NCBI GenBank assembly: GCA_030390025.1
Contig: CM059448.1
Location: 22,258,001 to 22,322,000 of the forward strand
Reading direction: 5' to 3'
Source of the DNA: Squalus acanthias
Taxonomy: Eukaryota
DNA length: 64,000 nucleotides
The position numbers and the translations under genes are program-made. The notes under the pieces are model-generated. The model was not told the origin of the DNA. It searched no databases and saw nothing but the letters and a program-made list of their open reading frames with translations. Of this stretch, positions 1 through 14,215 are shown piece by piece. Numbering within the stretch: position 1 is the stretch's first letter; the number at the start of each line of letters is the position of its first letter.

Positions 1-977
1 AGTCATCTGAGCTGTTCCTAGTCTAATAACAAACTGAAACATCGAAAATGAAAGTTCCTTGGTTATTACTTTCTTTATTATATGCTATTTGTTTGCTTGA
101 TTTGTATATTCAGATATGCAGTTAATAATTCTGTCAAGGGTTTGTGTCATCAGCAATAATTGCATATTGCTTTTTATGGCATACCGCAGGTTATTGGAGA
201 TGATAATGAAAAACATGAGTTGAGTCACATTCACTTGTCTGAGGACCTTTGCAGAACTGTTGTGATGAGAGGATGAGCAGACATTTACCATGACTCAATA
301 AGTTAAATCCACCCTCCTCAAAAGAAAGCATTGGTCAGAGAATCAGCGTTGTAGGTTTATCTCCAACTTTGCTTCTTCTCTGGGATCATAAACTTGCAGA
401 ATTTACCTTTACTGTTTTGAGTTATCTGAGAAATCAATTATCCAGTTCAGTGGAGATTGTTACAGAAGACAGGTTTCTCAAAGAGGTTGTGATGCCATTC
501 CCCATTGAAAGTTCTATAAATGCCAAGACCTACTACTTCAACATGGTGATTGAGAGCTAAAATATATACTTTGCCTCTGGTACAACTGGAACAAAACTGA
601 ACTGTTCTGGTTTTGGGTACCAAAACCCAATATGACCATGGTTCGTATAGTTGGTACGAAGAGGTCTTCCACAATAGCTACATCCTTTCATCAGTGTAGT
701 GGAACGAAGTGAAAATGTTTTCTAATTACTAAGCAGTAACATATATTTGTGATTGCTCTTTTAACGACTAGTACAAGCCTCCTATTCTAGCATTTATCAT
801 TTTTCCATCGTTTTAACCAGTCAGCCGTGTGGCCTCTTCATCTGGTGGCAAAAGGCTGCTAACAGCGGGCATTAAATGTGGAAAACATTTGCTTTTAAAT
901 GAACTGCTGCATCTCCCTACATTGCAACTGCGAATGAACTAGTTAAAACATACTGGAGCCAGAAACGAGACATTGGT

Positions 978-1055
978 CTCAAGGGTAACTAGGGGCAGCC
1001 AATAAATGCTGACCTTGCCAGCGACGCCCACATCCTGAGAATGAATTTTTTTTTA
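978..1055 (+). mobile_element. Short 3' tail of a CR1-group LINE (same family as 21389-22038)
   Basis: ctcaagggtaactagg...aataaatgctgaccttgccagcgacgcccacatcc matches the 3' end at 21961-22020. Confidence 0.7.
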
Positions 1056-1989
1056 AATCGGAGGAGTATTGTGTGTATTAAATTGAAGATGTGTGGAGGC
1101 TGCAGTTTGGTTTTAAGATGTCACCTCTAATTGCCCTGACTCTCTAATTTGCATAACAGTAATGTAGCTAATTAGAGTTGGTGACTGCAGTTGCTACATT
1201 AAGCACGAACAATTTAAGAGTATGAGTATTAATTTTGAGTGGCAGTTATGTACCTTTTAAGTGCCCAAGAACTAATCTCATTAGTCCATCTGTAACAGGT
1301 TTATATTAGATGATGAGTAGGTGTAAAACTGGTTGTTTCAGCCCCTAAGAGCTGGGTCTATTGTGCATCAAAAGCAGGGGATCAGGCAAAATATATTCAA
1401 ACAATCCTGCCCAGTTATAGCTATAGGTCATACAGTTTTGAAAAACCTAATTTGCAAACATCACACTAATTACAGTACACGTTATCGAGATACAAAGAAA
1501 ACTTGCTTTGTTAGGTGTACCCACACCAAGCTAATGCAATAATGGATCGGTTAAAGTACAACTGTACTTAATAATGCCTATTTACCAGCAAACACATTCC
1601 AAACTGTTATGTAAATCAAAATATGAACATAAAATTATGAAAATGTTGATCAGCATTTGGAAAAAAAAATATACCGGCTAATGTTTCAGTTGTGACCCTT
1701 CATCACGGCTTTTAAATGCATTTTTTAAATCTCAGTGATGGTTATAGACACCAGCAGTTTTTTTTCTTATGGAGAATAATTCTATGCCTGAGTAAATGTT
1801 CCTTTTAATCAATTTCCTCCAATACATGTCCATTAAGAGACCATTGTGACATGCATTCGGCAAAATAAAATGATTTTGAGGAGAGGACACAGGCTACAGC
1901 CAGAGATTCCGTCCAATTTTGCCATTTTATCAGCAAACTCTCCCCAGTCAGTAGAGAAAATACTGGAAACTCAGTAGAAATAAGAAAAG

Positions 1990-2150
1990 GCCAGAAAATA
2001 CACAGCAGGTTTGTTAGCATTTGTAAAGAGAAAAGATGGGTTAAAATTTTATGAAAAATGGACCCTTTTTTGTCGGTAGTCTTTTTGTGAAGGGTTTACA
2101 TCTGAAATGTTAACTCATCTTTTCCCACTTTTTGTTGCTAACAGATCTGA
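1990..2150. mobile_element. Old, decayed Penelope-derived fold-back repeat
   Basis: Degenerate version of the hairpin at 60225-60446 (gaagggtttacatctgaaatgttaactc). Interrupted by the MITE at 2152. Confidence 0.5.
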
Positions 2151-2151
2151 T

Positions 2152-2283
2152 GGGGTTGATTTAACTGTTCCCTCCGGGTGGGACTTTCCTCTCTCTCAAC
2201 TACAATGGAAAGGAAGATCGGGCGGGGTGTAAAACGGGCAGCTGCCATCGTCCCCCTTGGCAGGAACATGTAAAATCAACCCC
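2152..2283. mobile_element. Small MITE with G-rich TIRs
   Basis: Perfect 11-bp TIR ggggttgattt / aaatcaacccc; flanks gat / aat. Confidence 0.7.
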
Positions 2284-2309
2284 AATGTGTAAATGCTGGG
2301 CATGTCTGA

Positions 2310-2675
2310 AGGGTCAGTGGTTCAATGCATCGTGCGGAGTGGTACTGAGACATACAGACCAATTCCTGATCTGTACTGGTTAAGTTGGGCAACAGCGTGG
2401 TCACAGCAATTGACCTCCGTGTCTACAGGATAAGGAGGGGGTGAAAAAAAATCATCCAGTGTTCCTGCTCATGATCGCTATCCCTTGATGCCTGCTGTCA
2501 ACACTGCATAAGGGCAGAATCAGATACAGCTGTAATGATGTCCTGCTGACAATTTCTAGACTTATTTGCAAAGAAAAGCGACTTGGATGAGGCACTTAGG
2601 CTGCTGCCACTAATTGAACATTACTGCAACAAGAGACACCACCTCGAGGAAAGGAAGAGAGCAAAATGAAGGGGA
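2310..2675 (+). mobile_element. Old tRNA-derived SINE-like repeat (family also at 6150-6510, ~27000-27350, 40725-41065, 54630-55250, 62230-63200)
   Basis: Recurrent blocks (actgagnnatacagacc; ttcctgctc..gatcgctatcc; gaagaatggccacttgg.tgaggtacc-like) occur several times in the window on both strands. Confidence 0.55.
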
Positions 2676-5600
2676 AAAAAACCAATATTTTTACAATATT
2701 ATCAGTGATAATATTGTATCACAGGGGGTCCCTTAGGCAGGCTGAAACATTGCCTTTGTTCTTCACTGCTCACGTTCCCCAATGTTGCACTCGATTCAGG
2801 AACTTCTGGCTGCTGATCTCCATCAGCAGCTATAAGGCCCCAATCCTGAAGCCTGTGCATTAGTTTGCTGCTCCCCCCTGTTGGCTCGGCCATGCCAAGG
2901 GAAGTAGGTGTGTGCCAGGTGGTATCCCCAGGTCATGTAAGTAGCCGGGAATTGGAAATCCCAGCAATCTCTCCCCTCGCTATCACCCATTTTACATGAT
3001 CTCACAAAGTCAATATCTACCCCAACTATTTTTCCTCTACACATCTTAGTTGCCGCATAGGGCTGGCTGAGGAAATCTAGGTTTAACCTCATTTGTTTGA
3101 TTTTATTTTAAAATTCTCAATTTATTAAACTCGGGATTTCTTTACCCATTCCTTACACAGCAAGTAAGGTAAAGGGCAGAAGGGGGTTATAGATACCTCT
3201 CCAAGAAGGTAAGTCTTAGAAGGGCAGGACTGGTTGGGCGAAGTTGGTGGCCATATTTTACTCTATTAGACAAGTTTGAAAACCGTCCTAGTTTAATTAA
3301 TGTTTTTTAAACATCAGATTTACTTCTAGATTCTGCCAAGTCAGACATCAGTTTATACACAAAATGCGATGTAAGAATGCTCTGGACCGCGAGTGCCCAT
3401 TCTGCAGAACACGTGGTCCTCAAGCTTTAGCAATCCATCCCTTAAATTTCTGCTAACTTGTTCTATTTGTGCTTATATTTCTTATTTGCTGGTTTGTGCT
3501 ATTGGATTTTGTGAGCCTGAAGGTTTGAAAAGGGCTGTTCTTAGCACTATTGCTTACTGGGTGGACAAAGTGTAAATCATTACACCAGGATTTATTAGCC
3601 TCAGCAGATTGAGATATATGCAAGTTAATGGGAGCATGGATTTAACCATTACACGTGCCCCTCGATGGTACGCACCTACGCAGCTCACAAAGATATTTCA
3701 GACATTCTAATGGGACCATCTCCCACTTCTCTCATCTGCCACAAAAGATGTAGGTTAGTAATGGGAAGCTCAGAATGATTCACTTACAATTGGGTTAGTC
3801 TCATGTGGAATAACAGTAAGGTGTTTAAAAAAAACTAACAGGGCGACAGAGAAAGTGCTGGAACTATTTAAGGCTGTGTTAATGAAGCAGACCTGACCGC
3901 ATGTTACTGAAATGTAAAGTGAGATATAAAGTCACCACCATGGCTTACAAAGGGAGGCTTTTGGTGCTGTTTTCAAACAAAGTGTGGTTTTTAAACTGCC
4001 TCAATAGTTTGGTGAAATTTGTGTTTGAAAATGCCTGTTGTTTTTATTCTGTTTTGCAGAAGACTGCTGACACCATAATGATAAAGGGCCAAGCTCTGAA
4101 ATGTATTTTGATTGAAATGCCAGTTGGATGGGTAGTTGACCTGTCTGCTAGCTAGCTCAAAAGTGCCGCAATGTGCATGTGCTAGCTTTTGATTAACAGG
4201 TTTCTGTGTCCCTCCCCATTACTGTTTTGATAGTTTGCTGAACCAATCCCATCTCCCAATATTAAATTATGATACATTATTGAAGCTTAACAGATTTTCT
4301 ACAATCTTTACTGATGTAAGGTTTACTATTAACATACCATGCTGGCTAAGGCTGTAGTCGGACTGTGAGGATACAGTATAGTGTTTCTCATTTATCCAAT
4401 TTTATTACTCAACAGTGAAATCAATTTACAAAAAAAAAATCCCTCATATGCATTTTCACAGCTTTGCTGATAGTTGAAAGATTTTTGGGTTAATAAAAGG
4501 AGAGTGATGAAGTATGACGAGGTCATTCCATTGTTCAGCCTAGTGCTCAGTAAACATTGAAGAGATGTATTTGGAAGCAAAATGGAATAATATGTATCTG
4601 TAAATGTGAGAAGGCAAAGCGGATTAATCTACTGCTGAAGTGTGCATTATCTTTAGAAACTGGAAAATGATACATTTAAACAGAATGGCTTTCATTACTT
4701 AAAGCATGCATTTCTGCCTAAATCCGATCTGTGCATTTAACTCTTGAGATACTGAAAAACTATACCAGGTTTTTATTTTTCATACAACATTACAAACAAA
4801 GGGTTAAAGTTCCTCCTTTACAAAGCGTGTCTATCACTAACGTGCTGTTTCTTCTGATGAGTGGTGACTTAAATGAAGATACATCAATATTCTGATTTTT
4901 TTTTTCCTTACTAATATACTGAGCTACATAACCCTCTGGTCTCGACATGCTTTTGTAGGACCTGTTCTAGTCGCATACGTTACAGTGCAAAACAGGCAAA
5001 AGTGATGCAGCCAGATAATGGCCTTAAAATACTGCCATCCTTACTATAATCAGCAGATGCTAATAATTTAACACCAGGACATACGTCTGTTAGTTTTTCC
5101 ATACTTTAGTTGAAGACTTCAGCTGCATGTGAATGAGGGTGATTCATAAATCACTCGGAAGATGATGCAGCTGACTCCCTTTACTGGCAGTGTAAATAGT
5201 GAAAAGCACTTAACGTAGTGCTTTGATGTGTGAGGGATTGGTTTTGTTGTATTAGTTAAGTAGCTTTGAGCAGGAGATTTACATAATCAGCAGGATGAAG
5301 CAATTTCATGCTTCCTTGTTATTTCTGGTAGAAGTGTCCTTTTTTACACCGTGTTCGTCACAAACAGTCATGACAAGACAGTCACCAGATGTAGATGTGA
5401 GTAATTGCTTGATTACGTATACTGCATTATCCAATAAACTGGATACGACGAGTTAACATTTTAAATTTCCATCACCTGCCTATTGTCATAGCTGCAAGGA
5501 ATATAGTTAGTGGCAATGGAAATCCATTAATGCTATTTTGAGATGTGTTGCTATTACCTGCGTAAGATCTCTAAAGATGATCTATATATATGTTATAAAT

Positions 5601-6149
5601 TGATACCAAAGGTGTATTATTTACGTAGCATTGCGCCTTAGACTGAAATATTGTCTGACAGTTTTAAAAAAAAATCACTTTGCCAAGTACGTGCTTTTTA
5701 TGCAACCAACTGATTTCATAATGGATGAGCACATATGGTTTTGTGATTACATTCATGAAAAAGATTAGCTCAGTAGGCATGTTAGTTTCAAATCTCATCC
5801 CCCGCCCCCCGCAAAGGTAATAATGTTTTTGTTGTTTTTCCTGAGATTAAGTTACAGGTTGCACTAGAAATAAGGGAATGTGCAGCTTGGAAAGGATATT
5901 GCTAAAAAGCACAGCTCACTGAGATTAATAAATGGGTAAAGCTGAATTGGTGACCCAGTTTTATTTTGAATGGAAAAAGAATCCAGGTAATAATTATAGA
6001 CTACGTTCTATATATGATGCAGCAGCTGTTTAGTGTTTTTTGAAATTATAATAAAATCATTACCTAAATATAATTTAATATTTGCCGTTAAACCTATTTA
6101 ATATAAAAAAAAATCTTTACTTTTATTTTCTTCTTCGATCTCTTTATGC

Positions 6150-6510
6150 TGTTTTCTCTCTCCTCACTCCTTTCCTGAAGATGTTGAATCCTTGCTACTT
6201 GCGAGTGTAAGGATCTATGAATGCCAGGTGCTGTTGTTTAACTCACTAAGTGCCCATTCTTCCTGTTTGTGCCCTGACTGAGAGTTAGCAGGCTATTTGA
6301 CTGCAGAGGGTATCACCGCTATCGGATCCTGCTCTCACGCGTGCGCACTTGCAGTAGAAGTCGCAGATTAGAGATCGAGACTGATTTTCCCCCCTACTGC
6401 CAATACCCAGTTGAGGTTAGTAATTTCAACACCGACAAAGGGTTGAGCCTGCCACGTTGCTGGTTTCTATGGCTCAGCTCTCACTGCCACAACCAGCTGA
6501 GCCATTGACA
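6150..6510 (-). mobile_element. SINE-like repeat, reverse copy of the 2310 family
   Basis: Contains aagtgcccattcttc, ggctatttgac, ctgattttccccc, ggtttctatggctcagc, shared with 40725-41065. Confidence 0.55.
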
Positions 6511-7495
6511 ACTGTTTCAAAATACTGAATAATAAAATGTTGCTGACTTGCATACATTTGTAAAATAAAAAATTATCCTTGCTTCACAGTACATTTGGAT
6601 ATAATATTATTTTAGTCATTCATAACATTTAGAAATGGTCATTTCGATGACACCCTGGCAGCTCAGATGGTTCAATGTTTTTTTAAAATCTTAGCCAGCC
6701 TGCCCAACTTTCAGACTTGTCTGCCCTCATCAGGTGAGCTTCATGAGTTCTCAGTCAGGGGATGAGGTGGAGCACAGTGCAGATGCGGAGCGCAGCAGGG
6801 AAGTAATATGGCTGGGAGAAGCAGCGTGCTGAAGCAATGCACCTTCCTGGCAGCTGCTATGCGGCAGCACTGCTGATGACCACGGAGAGGCCTGAAGCCC
6901 ATGTTGTGTCACGCCATCTGATGCGGCCTCCAACTGAAGGAGACCACAGGGTGGCAAGATGCAGCAGCAGTGGCCCTAAAATGAGTGAAAACATTAAAAA
7001 AAAAAATGTTTTAATTATTGGGGTGCCCCAGTAGGTTTATTTTTAAAATTCTTTTAAAATCTATTTTTGATTTCTCTTTAGCAAATGCCAGTCTCTGACC
7101 AGGTGAGCAAGAAATTAACCTGCTCCTAAGTGTGGCATTGCAGCCTCTGAATATGTTTCTTGGATGTCTCACAGCAGTTCAGAATGAATTCATGTCCAGA
7201 TTGCCTCACTCGAGCATCAAGCTTTGTGCTCAGCAGTTCCCCTTGACAACTCGGTTTAGATCAGGAACTCTATTCAGGAAACCTTGGGCAGAGACCCATG
7301 CTCGAACTACTCTGTGGCGACCACATTGCAGGATCATTGCACTTCGCCACAACCCTCCTGAGGTTTCCTCGATGTAATGTTCGCGGGGCTTTTAAATTTT
7401 CAGATAGCATTTATTGGCACAATTAGAAGCTTTGACTGCTCATTATATTTCCTTTAAAAATTTTCAACGAAGTTGGTGGAATTGTCCTGTAACTT

Positions 7496-8147
7496 GAGGC
7501 CAAAATTCCTCAGGATGCGATCCCAGCAATTACAATGGGATTGCACCTTCCAGCGCTGGCCCCACTGGAGTTTTGTGGCCACTGCGACAGCACCTAATTA
7601 ACCAAGGTGTGGGCAGGCGCAAGTGTTGCTGCGGGTGCATCTCTGGCACCTGCCTGCTCCGTGCAGCTGGAGGCTTGCATCGGCACACCGTGACAGAGAT
7701 GGGGGGATTGTCCAGAGGCCCCCCCCAAATCCATATTTTCCTCGGCCTCTGAGCAAAGGGGCTGACCCAAAGAATTATCTGCATGTTTCTTTGATAGTCC
7801 AGGCCACTTTCCTGGCCTGGGTCCAACCGGTGGGGCCCACATATGCTCATGTGGGGGCCGGTGTGCCTCACCTTGCTGGCCATAGCATCCTGCAGAGATA
7901 TGCTGGGTCCCAACTGAACTGAAGGAGTGGGAACTCCGACAGAGGAAGTCCCTGCCTGTGCCTCTGCCTCCGCCCCCCAACCCCCCCGGGCATAATTTGT
8001 CTTGTAAGGGCGGTGGAGGTCCTGCTCCTTACAAGGCAAATCAGAAGCTTCCAGAAATAGCAGAGTCCCAACACAACTGGGTGTCAGCCATTTTCTCACT
8101 GGAGTTACAGCTGGAAACAGGCGGAATCCCAAAGGAATTTCAGCCTC
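7496..8147. mobile_element. GC-rich non-autonomous DNA transposon (PIF/Harbinger-like MITE)
   Basis: 15-bp TIR gaggccaaaattcct / aggaatttcagcctc (2 mismatches), 3-bp TSD CTT at 7493-7495 and 8148-8150. Confidence 0.8.
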
Positions 8148-8632
8148 CTTGTGTTCGATATGTAGGATATTGCACAAATATAAAATGTCACTGGTAAAGG
8201 TAAAAAAAAAAAATGCATTTGTGGGCAAGTATTTAATTCTTTCAACAATTCAAATCTAGAAATTGCAGATGTCTAATTGAGAAATTTTAAATTGATACTA
8301 TTTGTAAACATGTGGTATTTTCCCCTCTTCTCACTTGTGTTTATTGCTTGTTGTCTTCTAGGTCTTTCAACCTCATTACTCATTCGACACCACACTAAAC
8401 TCTAGCAGGCATTACCCTAGCTCGGCAGCCCTGCAACATCAGGCATATTAAAATTATGTTCTGACCATACACATTTTAGAATTACTTTTGGAATCATGCA
8501 AAGGGTTACAAGTGATTCAGTGTTGCATATTTTAACGGAGTTGTGGATATGTATGCATTACATGATGATGTAGCAACATTTTAAAAATGATTACATAAAT
8601 TCTTTGATAACTATGGTGAAAGTTTTGAACTG

Positions 8633-9172
8633 CATAGAATTACATAGAATATACAGCACAGAAACAGGTCATTCGGCCCAACCAGTCCATGCCGGCATTG
8701 ATGCTCCACTCGAGCCGCCTCCTATCCTACCTCATCTAACTCTATCAGCATAACCCTCTATTCCCTTCTCCCTCATATGCTTATCTAGCTTCCCCTTAAA
8801 TGCATCTATACTATTCGCCTCAATTACTCCCTGTGGTAGCGAGTTCCACATTCTCACCACTCTGAATTCCCTATTTGATTTCTTGATGACTATATTACAT
8901 TGATGGCCTCTAGTTTTGCTCTTCTCTACAAATTGAAACACTCTCTCTCTGTCTACTCTATCAAAACCTTTCATAAATTTTAAAGACCTCGATTAGGTCA
9001 CCTCTCAGCCTTCTCTTTTCAAGAGAAAAAGAGACCCAGGCTGTTCATCCTTTCCTGATAGATATTACCTCGCAGTTCTGATATTATCCTTCAAAATCCT
9101 TTTTGCACCCTCTCCAGTGCTTCTATATCCTTTTTGTAATAAAACAACCAGAACTGTACACAGTACTCCAAA
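8633..9172 (-). mobile_element. CR1 LINE 3' fragment
   Basis: Minus-strand ORF ...KGFDRVDRERVF...RVVRMWNSLPQGVIEA..FKGKLDKHM is the CR1 ORF2 C-terminus; catagaat-type tail. Confidence 0.9.
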
Positions 9173-9937
9173 GCAGCAAGTTTTGCAGCTGTATAGAAAA
9201 TAATAGATGACTATGAATGTGTTGCAAGGCTGTCAAAACCTGCAAGAGTGAGGTTCAAGTGAGGACATTGCTCAAACCGTTTGAATATATTAAAGTTTTG
9301 AACATACTCTGGTTTCTCGTATATATGAGCTTTTCCCATTTTTTTTCAGTCAGCTTTCTTGTTTCAGTTCAAAACTTTCCTTAACGTTGTCAGTTTTCCC
9401 CTAGCTGCCTTTAACTATTACCATGGCTGCTCAAGTGTATTTGTATCGTGTGGAATATGATGATTTTTAAGATGATGACATGAGAAATTTAATGGAGGAA
9501 ACAGGGAGGAAGGTGTTTTGCAGAGGAATAATAGATTGCATTGTATTCGGTTGAAACACTGCTGTGGGTATTATGTTTAAAGTAGCAACTAGCTGAGAGT
9601 GATTACAAGGAAATCATTTAATTGAGGAATTCAGATGGCATCATAAATGACAAAAGTGAAGGTCGAGCTGTTTATTGGCATTTGAACCTAACGATTGGAT
9701 TATTTCTTTTGTGAAGCGTGTCCTTTTTTTGTAAATGATGCTTGCCGTTGTTGGGACACTTTAATTCCATTGCATTCATCTTCACGGTGGTGGACGGGTG
9801 TTCTAATTGATGGCCAGAACACACTACGCAGTTGATGTGTGATAACATATTGAAGGGATAAAATTGCAATGCAATCACTAGAATTTACCATAAATTAACC
9901 TGCAGAAAATTAACACGTTACATCATGTTGATAAATA

Positions 9938-10548
9938 CATAAGAACACAAGAACAAAAGAATTAGGAGCAGGAGTCGGCCATACGGCCCCTCAAGCCTGC
10001 TCCGCCTTTCAATAAGATCATGGCTGATCTTCTACCTCAACTCCACTTTCCCGCCCGATATCCATATTCCTTGATTTCCTCAGAGTCCAAAAATCTATCT
10101 CTCAGCCTTGAATATACTCAACAACTCAGCATCCACAGCCCTTTGGGGTAGAGAATTCCAAAGATTCACAACCCTCTGAGTGAAGAAATTCCTCCTCATC
10201 TCAGTCTTAAATGGCCGACCCCTTATCGTGAGGCTGTGACCCCTAGTTCTAGACCCCCCCAGCCAGGGGAAACAACCTCTCAGCATCTACCCTGTCAATC
10301 CCCTTCAGAATTTTATATGTTTCAATGAGATCACACCTCATTCTTCTAAACTCCAGAGAGTATAGGCCCAATCTACTCAATCTCTCCTCATAGGACAACC
10401 CTCTCATCCCAGGGATCAATCTAGTGAAGCTTTGTTGCACCGCCTCTAAGGTAAGTATATCCTTCCTCAGATAAGGAGACCAAAACTGTGCATAGTACTC
10501 CAGGTGTGGTCTCACCAAAGCCCTGTACCATTGTTGCAAGACTTCCTT
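9938..10548 (-). mobile_element. CR1 LINE 3' fragment
   Basis: YRALVRPHLEYYAQFWSPYLRKDI...YEERLSRLGLYSLE and RRNFFTQRVVNLWNSLPQ on the minus strand. Confidence 0.92.
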
Positions 10549-11182
10549 ATGGATCCTTTTTGTTTCCAATTGTGCTTTTATAATTAACATTAGAAATTTA
10601 CAGAAATGCATTTCTTCAGCTTCTGGGTGATGGTAAAGTCTGCAATTTCAAGCTGTTTTTTGAAGATTAAGAACTGAAATAGTTAAAAGATATGTACCTA
10701 CATGCTGCTGCATTTTGATTGCCTTCCTCCTGTTCATTATTTCAAAAAATATCTGTCGTCTTTACAATACGTTGCTTTTAGCATGTCATTCGTTTGGTTA
10801 TGCTGCCTCCTATATTCATCACGACTGCCACCCTTCCTTCTCTCCTTATGTTTCTTCACACCGTCTGATAGGAGCTACTATGAGTTTAATCCTGATTTAC
10901 AGTACTGTGTGAAGTGTCTCAGCTTAATTGAACCTATAATCTGTAGTCAGGTCATTCAACAAAATCCAAGGTAGCAATAAGCAGAAGGGAATTTCATTTA
11001 GGTGATGATTTTTAGTATTTGGGAGATTTATTGGAGTCCGATTCCTGCTCCAGACAGACTCTTGTCTTTTTCTCTCTTCACCCTCACACCTGATTTTGTC
11101 TTCATTCCAGCGCTTCCTGTTTACTGCTTGGTTGCTAGCCACTGACATCATAGTCTCCACCTCTCCCAATCAATCTCTCATA

Positions 11183-11215
11183 CAGAGAGAGAGACACACA
11201 CACACACGCACGCAT
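11183..11215. repeat. (GA)n(CA)n compound microsatellite about 240 bp upstream of the DOC2B ATG
   Basis: cagagagagagacacacacacacacgcacgca. Confidence 0.85.
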
Positions 11216-11353
11216 TCATAGGCTGAACAGCAGTATTAGAAAGATAAGGAGTGTCCGTGGCAGTGAGGCAGCATGCACAGGGTTTCTACAACTCAAAGTA
11301 CATAAGCATCCTAGCCTAACGCTGGAGATTGAGTTCTGCTGTGTGTCAGATAG

Positions 11354-11791
<438 letters not shown>

Positions 11792-13554
11792 TAATTGTTG
11801 TATTTGTGGTGGCATGCTGTTGCTGTAAACCTTTTTTGTTTTTTTGCGAGCTTAAAATCTAAATGTACAACTGATTATATTTAGGGCAGTTCAGTAAATT
11901 CCAAAACTGACTTTTAACCCCTTAAGTACTGCTGTGGCATTTCAAGCAACAATAGAAAGGCCAGTTAAAGGAGGTTGGAATGCAAAGTGTTAAAGTGAAA
12001 CTTCACTAATGATAACTTGATTGAAGAAGCAATCTGCCATTAACCACCCCTTTCTCAAGTCCTATTGATTTCTCCTTTAATGAGCCTCGATTAGAAAAAT
12101 ACCTCGACACAAACCAACCCGTTTTCAGTTAGTCAATATAGAAAATATTTAGCACTTTTCTTTTTCATCAGAGATAACTGGAAAGTGAGTTACATTTTAA
12201 TGAACCTGACCTTGAATGGTTAACCAGTGATTATTTTCAAGTGAAGCTAATATCTATTTTTCACCCTCGACTGTTGACATTTCAGAGTTTGACTACTGCA
12301 GGGCGTTCGGTTTGCTGGTTCTCCAGTCTTCAACTCTTGAAAATGCAAAAAGATGATTTTAAAACTGGGAGCGTTTATTTATTCAAATATAATATAAGAG
12401 TGGTGCATTTAATTCTTTCAATTCCACTGCCATTAATTTGAGAACAGACAGACTTTCAAACAGACATGTAGAAATGTAGGTACTTGCACCTGAAATGATA
12501 GCGTAGCATTTAAAGCTGTTCTGTTCAAATTATTCCGGAAAGCTGCAGGTTAGAGACCTGTCTTGCATGCACCATGAAGATAGAGAATGATAAAGAGAAG
12601 GAATGAGTGTTCATTTATATCACAGGCAAACCAGAGCCATTAATGTTGATTTTTAAAAAAAAGTTGCATACAACACAGATTTGGATTTCTGCGACAGGTC
12701 AAAATGTGGTCCAGTATTGTGAAAATAGTAATAAATTGGAAATCCCCGTGAGTGTGATGTTTTCCAGCCCTTGGGTTCAGTTAACTATGTAGCTGCAATA
12801 TTTCTAATACAATAAATTCTGTAACATTAAATGCTGCAGGATAAAAATCTAAGTAATTGTCCCTAAAAATCAAAATACATTAACATTTTAACACTTTTTA
12901 AATACATCAATCATATCCCCAGTATTGATACGTAACAAGTGATTTGAAAATATACTCTTGAAAAACGCCACACCCAAATTTATTTATTTTTTGTGTTTTT
13001 GGATAGGATGTTTTCCGTTTGATTATTTCAAATGTATTATTGTTCTTTGCTCTACAATGACCTGCACAGATAACCTAGGGTATGCTGAGAAAGCCTTATC
13101 CAGCCAGTTCCCACTAGGTACCAATTCGGTGTGCTTCTTGATCTGTTTGGCACAAAATCTATGAGCAGATTCTGTAATACAAATCTCCAAGAATCTTTTT
13201 TAATTAGTCCCAAGGAGTTAACTATCCAACTAATACTGATTCCAAACAATATTATGGAAAATGTAAAATGGCAATACTTATGCGTAAGTAGTCATCATCC
13301 AACTTGAAGAATTACACTGGTTGGAAGTCGCGGACAGATTAGCACAACTGGCTTAGGGTTGGGTCATTTAAAGCTTGAATTTCCTCTCGAAGAAAAAAAA
13401 ATTCACTGCTCTTCAAGCAAGTCAGCTCTGAATGAGTTACAGACTGGGAAAGACCCAAGTTTCCATTTAAACTTTGATAGGAATTTTAGAGATTTATATC
13501 TCGCCTTGATTTCAGTAAGCTGGGATCGATTCTAGTTGAAGGAAAGCTTGCAAT

Positions 13555-14215
13555 TATGTAGCATCTTCAATGTAATAAAAAGTCTCGGAGCATTGCAGAG
13601 CAGTAGAAATAATGTGACATCAAGCAGTGATAGGAGAAGGGTTAGGGATGGTGACCAAAGGCAGGATTAGAGATTGATTTTTGAGGAAGCTTTTGAAGGT
13701 GGGGAGAGAGGTAGCAAGGAGCGGTATTTAGATAACTCATTCCAGAATGGGGACGAGGCAGCCTCAGGCTGGGCTGCTGAAGGTAGAATGGAGGATTTGG
13801 GGAATGCAAAGGAGACCAGAGTTCGACATATAGAGTAAGACACACACTAGCGTATAGGGCTAAAGGAGTTCGCAGAGGCAGGGAGGAGCACGGCCATGGG
13901 GTGGGGGTGGGGGAGGGGGGGGGGGGCGGGGGGAGAGACTTTCAGATGGGAACATGGATTTTGATTTTTGGAGGATGGGGAGCTGACAAGGTTGGCGAGC
14001 GCAGGGGGTGATCGGGGAGCAGGACTCTGTGCGGGAGAAGATGTGGGCACTGGGGTTTTGTATGAGTTGCAATTTGTGAAGGATGGATTTTGGGAAGCTG
14101 AAAATAAAGTATTAAGGGTCTCTGGAGGTGACAAAGGCAGCAGTAGGTTTGAGGTGGGGCAGAGATGGGCAATGTTGTGGAGGTGGAAAATAAACCATCT
14201 TGGTGGTGGCCAGGA
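13555..14215 (-). mobile_element. L2 LINE 3' fragment with an internal G-run expansion
   Basis: Reverse complement matches the L2 copies at 35170 and 52835 (LQLIQN..AHI.SRT.S.SPITP-like). G-rich run at 13898-13933. Confidence 0.75.

Noticed and set aside
7530-8228. 232-aa minus-strand ORF, the longest in the track
   Set aside because: Lies almost wholly within a GC-rich TIR element, has no recognisable domain and a non-ATG start; expected by chance in GC-rich DNA.
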